Positions 1 through 5,298 of a DNA stretch of 7,191 nucleotides are shown in pieces (position 1 is the stretch's first letter; each line of letters opens with the position of its first letter). A model generated the notes under the pieces. The model did not search any database, was not told the origin of the DNA, and saw nothing but the letters and a program-made list of their open reading frames with translations. A program made the translations under genes and the position numbers. Source of the DNA: a virus; the IMG/VR virus record IMGVR_UViG_3300031416_000241, positions 1-7,191 of that record, one strand, 5' to 3'.

Positions 1-127
1 ACTTCTGGTAATTTGTCGGCGTTGGTAAATCTTTTTAATCAAGACAGCCGGTTTACAGAGGTAAGTTCTCCCAGCTTGCGGGTTATCTCTGGTGACTCAG
101 CATCTTTCTCAGTTGGTGAAGATGTTC
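1..127. repeat. Terminal overlap copy 1, identical to 7065..7191 (circular closure)
   Basis: Hand comparison of both ends shows 127/127 identical bases. Both copies lie inside the secretin reading frame. Confidence 0.95.
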
Positions 128-504
128 CTGTTATTGGCAATGTTACCTACTCTGGTGATCGTCCGGTTCAGTCGGTTACCTATCGTAGTTCGGGTGTGAT
201 CTTCAACGTTCTGCCGGTTGTTCACCAGGACAACATTGATTTGTCTATGTCTCAGGAGCTTTCAAATTTCGCCAGGACTGATACCGGAGTTGATAACTCT
301 CCGACTTTGACTAAGAGGAGTATCACAACTTCTGTAAGCATGCAGGATGGTGACGTTATTATGATTGGTGGTTTAGCTGACAATAAGCAGGAGGGGGCTG
401 ATACTGGCCTTACCTTCATGCCTCACTGGTTTCATACATCCAGCAAAGACAATACAAAAACAGATATTGTTATCATCTTGCAGGCGAAAAAGGTTTCTCG
501 ATAA
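1..504 (+). CDS. Secretin (gIV-like), C-terminal part; continuation of 6357..7064 across the circular junction
   Basis: Frame 1 is open from base 1 to TAA at 502..504. The segment SVGEDVPVIGNVTY...VIFNVLPVV...TLTKRSITTSVSMQDGDVIMIGGLADNKQEGADTGLTFMP matches my recollection of the secretin C-domain in Ff pIV (GQNVPFITG...ISMSVFPVA...ITNQRSIATTVNLRDGQTLLLGGLTDYKNTSQDSGVPFLS). The track ORF 13..504 merely starts at an internal Met. Confidence 0.9.
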   Translation, partial: TSGNLSALVNLFNQDSRFTEVSSPSLRVISGDSASFSVGEDVPVIGNVTYSGDRPVQSVTYRSSGVIFNVLPVVHQDNIDLSMSQELSNFARTDTGVDNSPTLTKRSITTSVSMQDGDVIMIGGLADNKQEGADTGLTFMPHWFHTSSKDNTKTDIVIILQAKKVSR

Positions 505-510
505 GACGCA

Positions 511-533
511 CCCGCAGCTTGCGAGGATGCGGG
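511..533 (+). other. Stem-loop just downstream of the secretin stop
   Basis: CCCGCA (511..516) pairs with TGCGGG (528..533) around an 11-nt loop. No T-run follows, so it is not a canonical intrinsic terminator. Confidence 0.5.
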
Positions 534-576
534 CTTATCGAGATGCCTCGCCTGCTGATCCTCGCTCTGTTGGTTA

Positions 577-611
577 GTTTCTTTGTTTCTTTGTTTGTTT
601 CTTTCTTTCTT
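577..611 (+). repeat. A-free pyrimidine-rich tract with 4-nt periodicity: (GTTTCTTT)x2 GTTT GTTT CTTT CTTT CTT
   Basis: Read directly. The 35 nt contain only T, C and G, built of NTTT units. Confidence 0.8.
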
Positions 612-627
612 ATGCCCTTTAGGGCAT
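612..627 (+). other. Perfect small hairpin ATGCCC-TTTA-GGGCAT
   Basis: 6-bp stem (612..617 with 622..627) and 4-nt loop. The flanks CTTTCTT / GGGAGAAG could extend it only with G-T/G-U pairs. Confidence 0.6.
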
Positions 628-679
628 GGGAGAAGGCTCACCAGTCTTACATTTTTCTTCAATGTAAAACCTTCGATAA

Positions 680-717
680 AAGGGGCGGACTTGTATTTAC
701 TACAGTTCCCGCCCCTT
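680..717. other. GC-rich stem-loop AAGGGGCGG / CCGCCCCTT with a 20-nt loop
   Basis: 9-bp stem, 680..688 with 709..717. Read on the - strand the stem is followed by TTTT, so it could terminate the leftward regulator transcript. The large loop weakens this. Confidence 0.45.
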
Positions 718-724
718 CCCTGCT

Positions 725-770
725 AAGCCGGTTTTTAACTTCTCTGGCACGTTCTTGAAGCGGTTTTTAA
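725..770 (+). repeat. Two copies of AAGC(C)GGTTTTTAA, about 33 bp apart
   Basis: AAGCCGGTTTTTAA at 725..738 and AAGCGGTTTTTAA at 758..770. Confidence 0.75.
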
Positions 771-811
771 GTCTGTTGGCGTAGCCGCGATGTTACCGCG
801 ACTCGCTGTGT

Positions 812-825
812 ACGTTTGTCTCATT
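812..825 (+). repeat. 14-bp direct repeat ACGTTTGTCTCATT, copy 1
   Basis: Exact match to 901..914, 89 bp downstream. Confidence 0.85.
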
Positions 826-842
826 TCCGAGATTTTAGGTAG

Positions 843-862
843 TCGGGTTTTCTCGGTTTTTC
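843..862 (+). repeat. Tandem 10-bp repeat TCGGGTTTTC TCGGTTTTTC, followed by the G-run GGCGGGGCGGGGGG (864..877)
   Basis: Adjacent units at 843..852 and 853..862 share the CGG(G)TTTT core with the 725..770 repeats. Confidence 0.75.
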
Positions 863-877
863 AGGCGGGGCGGGGGG

Positions 878-904
878 ACGTGCAGTGTATGTAATACTGC
901 ACGT
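878..904. repeat. Perfect inverted repeat ACGTGCAGT-(9 nt)-ACTGCACGT
   Basis: 9-bp arms at 878..886 and 896..904 with loop GTATGTAAT. The right arm overlaps copy 2 of the 14-bp direct repeat. Confidence 0.85.
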
Positions 905-914
905 TTGTCTCATT
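901..914 (+). repeat. 14-bp direct repeat ACGTTTGTCTCATT, copy 2
   Basis: Exact match to 812..825. It lies 15 bp from the stop of the - strand regulator gene. Confidence 0.85.
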
Positions 915-928
915 CTGATACTCAGCTA

Positions 929-1126
929 TCACACGTCTCCTTTCTTCATTATTTCTTTTTTTAATTTTTTTTCTGCTAATTCTGTATAGTTATCAATGAC
1001 ATAGTTTAACAAGTCAGTCCATGTTACTTGTCTTCCGGTGGCTGCACTGACTCTGATCGCAGTCTCACTGAGAAGGTTTTTCTTCTCTGTTGTAATACTG
1101 GCTGTTGTCCTGTTTGTGATTTTCAT
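929..1126 (-). CDS. Small DNA-binding regulator, ribbon-helix-helix (CopG/Arc-like) pattern; putative phage repressor or copy-control protein
   Basis: 65-aa ORF and the only convincing - strand gene. AAGG lies 6 nt upstream of the ATG (complement of 1133..1136). TASITTEKKNLLSETAIRVSAATGRQVTWTDLLNYVIDNY fits strand / helix / G-turn / helix, followed by a Lys/Glu-rich tail. It is divergent from the replication gene, as repressors are in temperate inoviruses. Confidence 0.6.
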   Translation of the reverse strand: MKITNRTTASITTEKKNLLSETAIRVSAATGRQVTWTDLLNYVIDNYTELAEKKLKKEIMKKGDV

Positions 1127-1299
1127 CTTATGCCTTTGATATATAAGTAGTTTTAGCTAAATGTTTTTTTTAATCTTAGTCTTATTGTCAAGTCTTGTAA
1201 AAATTAATCTTGATTACTCATTTTTTAACGTTATCATTCCTCAATCGAAAAACACTTGTATGCAGTCATTCATGTATACACTAACAGGATTAGGGCTTT
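1127..1299. promoter_or_regulatory. AT-rich divergent control region between regulator and replication genes
   Basis: 173-bp noncoding gap. Candidate rightward promoter: TTGATT (1210..1215), 16-nt spacer, TATCAT (1232..1237). Direct repeats: TTAATCTT at 1170..1177 and 1204..1211; AGTCTT at 1178..1183 and 1191..1196. TGTCAA (1186..1191) is TTGACA on the - strand, but I found no good -10 partner. Confidence 0.4.
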
Positions 1300-2334
1300 A
1301 TGATTGACTGGATTACTGCTGTACTGCCTTGTGTTCATAGTCCTGTTGATGCTGGTCGTGTTCTTTCTGTTGCTCCTGATGGTTCTATTGAGTGGGAGTC
1401 TGTCAAGTTCTCCCGTGTTAGTGGTTCCTTTGAGAGTTCGATTAGTGTCAGGTCTCAAGGTTCAGATGGTAATGGCAAGGCTACTCATCTTTATGTTGAT
1501 GGTAACCCTTCAAAGTGGCTTCAGGGCCATAATATCGTTGGCAGTGATGATCTCCGTGGTCTGGTTCTGGCGTTCTATGCAAGGATGTTATCTTTACTTT
1601 CGATTCCTCACCACATGGAATCTTATAAACAGGTTCTTTCTGGTGATTATGAGCTGAAGCGCGTTGATGTTAACTATATGTTTGAGCTTCCTACTTTAAT
1701 TGATGTCCGTTCATGGCTTCACGCTGCTGAATTTAAGGCTAAGACTCGTCATGGTCGCCCTTCTACAGCTAAGGGGACTTTGTATTTTGGTAAAAATTCT
1801 CGCCGCTGGTCTATAAAAGCCTATAGTAAGTTTGACGAGGTTAACTGTGGCAAAAAGGCTCACCGTGTGCCTGATGAAATAAAAAAAACTGGTATTGTTG
1901 ATTGGTCTGAGAATAAATTACGTTTAGAATTAACTTTACGCGCATTACAGCTTTCTGATATTAATTTGAATTTTGCTAAAAACTGGAATATTGATACTGC
2001 TTATACTGTTTTTAAAGAATATATGGGGCGAATCGAAATGAGTGGTAATACTTTACTTACTGATAATCAAATTATTAATCTGCCTTCTGCTGTTCGTATG
2101 ACTTATGTTTGTTGGAAGCAAGGCTTTCGTGTTACTGATATGATTTCAAGGGCTACTTATTTCCGTCACCGTAAAGCATTAAAGGAATACGGTATTGATA
2201 TTGCTACAACTGTTGATCGTGCTGATCATAGTAATGTTGTTCCGCTTATTCGTGTTCTTGAAGCTAAGCCGGTTGCTATACCTTCTTCCTTTAATAATAT
2301 TGTTTTTTCATCTTCTCGCGTTTCTAATTTTTAA
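1300..2334 (+). CDS. Rolling-circle replication initiation protein (phage gene II/X, Phage_CRI-like family)
   Basis: 344-aa ORF and the first gene of the rightward operon. As I recall it, the N-terminus MIDWITAVLPCVH...G is characteristic of the filamentous-phage II/X replication protein family. AGGA lies at 1286..1289. Position and size fit gII of small inoviruses. Confidence 0.8.
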   Translation: MIDWITAVLPCVHSPVDAGRVLSVAPDGSIEWESVKFSRVSGSFESSISVRSQGSDGNGKATHLYVDGNPSKWLQGHNIVGSDDLRGLVLAFYARMLSLLSIPHHMESYKQVLSGDYELKRVDVNYMFELPTLIDVRSWLHAAEFKAKTRHGRPSTAKGTLYFGKNSRRWSIKAYSKFDEVNCGKKAHRVPDEIKKTGIVDWSENKLRLELTLRALQLSDINLNFAKNWNIDTAYTVFKEYMGRIEMSGNTLLTDNQIINLPSAVRMTYVCWKQGFRVTDMISRATYFRHRKALKEYGIDIATTVDRADHSNVVPLIRVLEAKPVAIPSSFNNIVFSSSRVSNF

Positions 2335-2345
2335 GAGGTTATATA

Positions 2346-2657
2346 ATGTATTCTGGAATGATTTTTCGTGGTCGTATTTTAGGTGCCCGCACTTCTGTTC
2401 GTGATGATAATTCTACTCAACATATTTTAGGCATCGGTTTGCAAAAAGCTGATGGCTTTGGTGGTACAACTGAAGACGTTCAACAGGTAAAAATTCCTGA
2501 TGATCTCGTTAAGAGTGGGGTCGTTAATCAAGTTAATACATTAATCGGTAAGTTTTGTGAGGTTCCGGTTAATGTCCGCGCATGGGCTTTTAATGGTAAA
2601 AATGGTGTATCATTCTCATTGTCTTTTGAGGCTGGCATCATTGAGTTAAAGGGCTAG
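2346..2657 (+). CDS. Putative ssDNA-binding protein (gV position)
   Basis: 103-aa ORF directly after rep. Strong SD AAGAGG (2333..2338) lies 7 nt upstream of the ATG. No TM segment. The assignment rests on synteny and size only; I cannot see clear similarity to Ff gpV. Confidence 0.55.
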   Translation: MYSGMIFRGRILGARTSVRDDNSTQHILGIGLQKADGFGGTTEDVQQVKIPDDLVKSGVVNQVNTLIGKFCEVPVNVRAWAFNGKNGVSFSLSFEAGIIELKG

Positions 2658-2660
2658 TGT

Positions 2661-2861
2661 ATGGGTCAGGTTACTGGCTCTATTTGTGATGCTGCTAATA
2701 ATTGTCAGCAAGTAGTTTTAAATATATCTGAGCAATTATCTTCAGGCTATGATTATGCTTATTTAGGCAAGGTTTGGGGTGTTGCTTTTACTTCTGTTCT
2801 GATGCTTTATTTATTTTCTTTGGGCATTGGTCAGGTTATTCGGTTGGTTAAAAACGCATAG
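2661..2861 (+). CDS. Small leaderless membrane protein, paralog-like to the C-terminus of the major coat protein (gVII/gIX position)
   Basis: 66 aa with an acidic N-part containing CDAANNC, a single C-terminal TM (VAFTSVLMLYLFSLGIG) and a basic tail VIRLVKNA. The major coat ends VIRMVKSA. AGTTAAAGGG lies 7 nt upstream of the ATG, identical to the context of the major coat gene. Confidence 0.6.
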   Translation: MGQVTGSICDAANNCQQVVLNISEQLSSGYDYAYLGKVWGVAFTSVLMLYLFSLGIGQVIRLVKNA

Positions 2862-2876
2862 TTAAAGGGTAATATT

Positions 2877-3143
2877 ATGTCTAAGTTAAAAACTTTTGTT
2901 TCTTCTCGCGCACTGAAAACTTCTATGATTGTTTCCGGCGTTCTGGCTTCCGCGTCTTCTTTCGCTGACGATACAACTACCACTACTGGGAGTGCCGGTA
3001 ATGTTGATCTGTCTTCGCTGACAAGCAGCATCAACTTTACTGGTGTTACTGTTGCTGTGATGGCGATCGCCGGTTCTATTGTCGCTCTTTATGCGACTTA
3101 TGCGGGCGTTAAGCATGTTATCCGTATGGTTAAATCTGCTTAA
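2877..3143 (+). CDS. Major coat protein precursor (gVIII-like)
   Basis: 88 aa. Predicted 30-aa leader ending ASSFA|DD. The mature 58 aa have an acidic, Thr-rich N-terminus, a hydrophobic core (VTVAVMAIAGSIVALYATYAG) and a basic C-terminus (KHVIRMVKSA). An intrinsic terminator follows, as in Ff phages. Confidence 0.88.
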   Translation: MSKLKTFVSSRALKTSMIVSGVLASASSFADDTTTTTGSAGNVDLSSLTSSINFTGVTVAVMAIAGSIVALYATYAGVKHVIRMVKSA

Positions 3144-3160
3144 TTCTATTTTTTTCCTAC

Positions 3161-3184
3161 AAGGGGCTTTTCGCCCCTTTTTTT
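3161..3184 (+). terminator. Rho-independent terminator after the major coat gene
   Basis: AAGGGGC-TTTTC-GCCCCTT followed by a T-run; TTTTTTT spans 3178..3184. Confidence 0.8.
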
Positions 3185-3231
3185 GATCGGGTCTTTATGG
3201 ATTCTCAACTTTTAACTTTCGTTGTTTTTTT

Positions 3232-5007
3232 ATGGGGTCTTTTATGCGCCTGGGCTGTAATACAAGGTTTAAAAGGTTAACTCTTTCTCTCATTTGTCTC
3301 TCTGCCCTTGCGGGTTCCTATCCTCTTTCTGCCAGTGCTAATCCTGTTCTTATTGGTATTGGTGAGCTTATTGGCACTATTCTTGAGCGTAGGGCTGCTG
3401 CTTATGCTGCTGAGGAAGCTGCTGATGCTGCTTTTACTTCTCGTGTCTCTGCTGCTGCTATTCAGGACACTGAGCAGGCGGCTGCTTCTAAGGCTCTCTT
3501 GGTTCCTGAGTCTTCGGCTTTGCGTACTGCTGGAAAGGTTACTTGGGGTGCTTTAAACGTTGCTGCTGGCGTTAGTACAGCTACTGACCTTATTGGTGAG
3601 CTTGGTGATTCGGATCTTCATGTTTCGACTACTGGCACTGATTTAGGTAATGGCAAGTGGCAAGTTGATGTGAACGGAACTAAAGAGGTTGTTTCTTTTC
3701 AGCCTTCTGAAGATAACCCTGTTTTTACTTATGGTGAAGTTCAGTCAGGTTCTACTACTACTGGTGGTGGTAATAATCAACCTCTTACCTTAAAAGGGAC
3801 TCCCTTCAGTTCAGAGATGACTTCTTGTGTTCCTGCTGGTGATTGTATTACCTCGCCTCCTTCGTCTATCTCTGCTACTTCAGCTATTGATAATAATTCC
3901 GTTTTATATACCTTTGATACTGATGATGGTACTGGCCTTTATTATGGGCTTGTAGATAACAGCCTTGCTCGTCTTCAGGATGCTTTTATATTTGAAGCTT
4001 ACCGCTCGCTTGAATCTAATCCCCAACTTCAGGAGTCCACATCTACAGCTTCTGGTGATAATACAGGTGGTAAATTTACTTATGTGACATCTTCTTATAC
4101 TGTTGATATTAGTCCTTCATTTACTCCTGTTTCTGGTGGTAAATATCCTGATGTTGATGGTTCTCCTTTTTCTGGGTTGGATGAATATTTGACTGCTAAA
4201 GTTCCTTATACTTTGCATCATAAAAAAATTAATTCTTCTTATAACCCTTGTTCAGTTCAGACTATTAAAGATAGCTCTACTGGTTCTGTTGTTTCTAAAA
4301 ATGTGTGTATTGCTCCTACTGATGCTGATTATACGATTACTGATACTACTGATTCTTATGATAACGGCATGGTATCTCTTAACTTCAACTACACCGGTTC
4401 GGCTCCTTCAGGAACTTCTACAGCCTTAAAAGTTGTAACTGCTGCTGACCTTACTACCTTATTAGCTTCTGACACGTTGAGTCCTGATGTTATTGCTGAT
4501 TTGGTTACTGAGTTACTTTCTGAGGCTACTACTCAATCTGGTTATTCTGGCTTTCCTTTTAAGGATAGTGACTATATAACTGCAACTGAGGTTTCTAATG
4601 CGCTGAGTCAGCTTAACGGTAAAGTTACGGCGGCATCCTTATTTGAAAGTGCCGAGGATTCAGATGGTAAGATTGCTATTACTACTGTTAATGAATCTTC
4701 GTCTACTACTAATAATGATAGCTCTGTGGATTTAGGCAAAGATCCTAATACTGCATCACCTGATGTTTCTGATACTCCTACTGGTGCTGAGATTATTTCT
4801 CCTATTCAGGATTCAGTTAGTTTTATTAGTGGTTTTAGTTTGAAGTCTATTGCTGGTACTTGTCCTGTTGCTAAATTTACTGTGTTTGATAAAGATATTG
4901 TTATAGATTCTCAGTGTACTTTATTTGAGGAAAATCGTGATTTTATTGCGTTAATTAGTAATCTTGTTTGGGGTATTCTCGCTGTTTTAATTATATTGGG
5001 GGCTTAA
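3232..5007 (+). CDS. Adsorption / minor coat protein (gIII-like)
   Basis: 591 aa and the largest ORF, in the gIII position. Signal peptide with predicted cleavage SASA|NP. Ser/Thr/Gly low-complexity linkers (e.g. STTTGGGNNQ, 3751..3780). Three close Cys pairs. The C-terminus CPVAKFTVFDKDIVIDSQCTLF...LISNLVWGILAVLIILGA resembles the Ff pIII C-terminal Cys-bracketed motif plus membrane anchor. The true start may be ATG 3244 (GGGG lies 6 nt upstream). Confidence 0.78.
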   Translation: MGSFMRLGCNTRFKRLTLSLICLSALAGSYPLSASANPVLIGIGELIGTILERRAAAYAAEEAADAAFTSRVSAAAIQDTEQAAASKALLVPESSALRTAGKVTWGALNVAAGVSTATDLIGELGDSDLHVSTTGTDLGNGKWQVDVNGTKEVVSFQPSEDNPVFTYGEVQSGSTTTGGGNNQPLTLKGTPFSSEMTSCVPAGDCITSPPSSISATSAIDNNSVLYTFDTDDGTGLYYGLVDNSLARLQDAFIFEAYRSLESNPQLQESTSTASGDNTGGKFTYVTSSYTVDISPSFTPVSGGKYPDVDGSPFSGLDEYLTAKVPYTLHHKKINSSYNPCSVQTIKDSSTGSVVSKNVCIAPTDADYTITDTTDSYDNGMVSLNFNYTGSAPSGTSTALKVVTAADLTTLLASDTLSPDVIADLVTELLSEATTQSGYSGFPFKDSDYITATEVSNALSQLNGKVTAASLFESAEDSDGKIAITTVNESSSTTNNDSSVDLGKDPNTASPDVSDTPTGAEIISPIQDSVSFISGFSLKSIAGTCPVAKFTVFDKDIVIDSQCTLFEENRDFIALISNLVWGILAVLIILGA

Positions 5008-5008
5008 T

Positions 5009-5296
5009 ATGTTTGGTATTTTAGTTTCAGCATTTAATACATTATTAGGCTTTCTATTTAGGCAGGCTGTTTTAAAGTTTATTGTTTTTACTATTTTATT
5101 GCTTGTTGTTAGGGAATTGTTTTCTGCCTTATCTTCTTTATTGCCTAAGTCTACTAATATTCAGGATTTATTTAATGAGCTTCCTTCTTCTGTTTGGTAT
5201 TTTTTAGATTTATTTCAGGCTCCGACTGGAATTACTCTTTGTATTTCTGCTTACGTTACTAAATTTATTATTAGACGATTACCGGTGGTTGGTTAA
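5009..5296 (+). CDS. Minor coat protein (gVI-like, Ace-like)
   Basis: 95-aa hydrophobic protein with multiple TM segments, immediately after gIII (stop 5005..5007, ATG 5009). SD GGGGG at 4998..5002. Size and position match gVI/Ace of inoviruses. Confidence 0.7.
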   Translation: MFGILVSAFNTLLGFLFRQAVLKFIVFTILLLVVRELFSALSSLLPKSTNIQDLFNELPSSVWYFLDLFQAPTGITLCISAYVTKFIIRRLPVVG

Positions 5297-5298
5297 TT

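Noticed and set aside
1-127. Interpreting the 127-bp terminal repeats as biological direct repeats (att duplication, LTR-like ends)
   Set aside because: Both copies lie in the middle of one continuous secretin reading frame, which is restored exactly by circularisation. No non-phage flanking sequence is present. Circular permutation is the simpler explanation.
432-662. Antisense 76-aa ORF overlapping the secretin 3' end. Other antisense ORFs lie at 1270..1458, 2831..3034 and 2886..3116.
   Set aside because: They lie opposite strongly supported genes or span the hairpin-rich intergenic region. Their composition is biased (Arg/Ser/Asn/Lys-rich). They have no SD sequences and no recognisable domains.
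519-758. 79-aa + strand ORF in the intergenic region with an apparent TM segment
   Set aside because: The hydrophobic segment (VSFFVSLFVSFFL) is simply the translation of the NTTT repeat tract at 577..611. The ORF runs through three stem-loops. GAGG abuts the ATG with no spacer. It is more likely structured non-coding DNA. Conservation of the frame in relatives would change this call.
878-904. Calling the perfect palindrome a dif-like XerCD attP site
   Set aside because: The 9-bp arms with a 9-nt spacer do not fit the 11 + 6-8 + 11 dif layout. I find no XerD-arm-like TTATGTTAAAT or its complement anywhere in the window. It is kept only as an untested possibility within the origin/att finding.
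789-914. Mini-ORFs in the repeat region: + strand 789..893 (34 aa), and two - strand ORFs that both begin ATGAGACAAACG (MRQT...), created by the two copies of the 14-bp repeat
   Set aside because: No convincing ribosome-binding sites. The two MRQT ORFs diverge completely after four codons, so the shared element is a DNA motif and not a coding duplication.
725-914. CRISPR-like array or tRNA/ncRNA in the repeat-rich intergenic region
   Set aside because: The repeats are only 10-14 bp, occur in two copies each and have irregular spacing. No cloverleaf-capable tRNA sequence or CRISPR-length (24-40 bp) repeats are present.
1304-1657. 117-aa ORF in the +1 frame inside the replication gene. The same class includes 2195..2404, 3308..3556, 5825..6166, 6556..6810 and 6835..7092.
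   Set aside because: All are Leu/Val/Phe/Ser-rich low-complexity translations. They lie wholly inside much longer, well-supported genes and are offset by one base. They are the expected shadow of strong NNT codon bias. None has its own ribosome-binding site or a recognisable motif.
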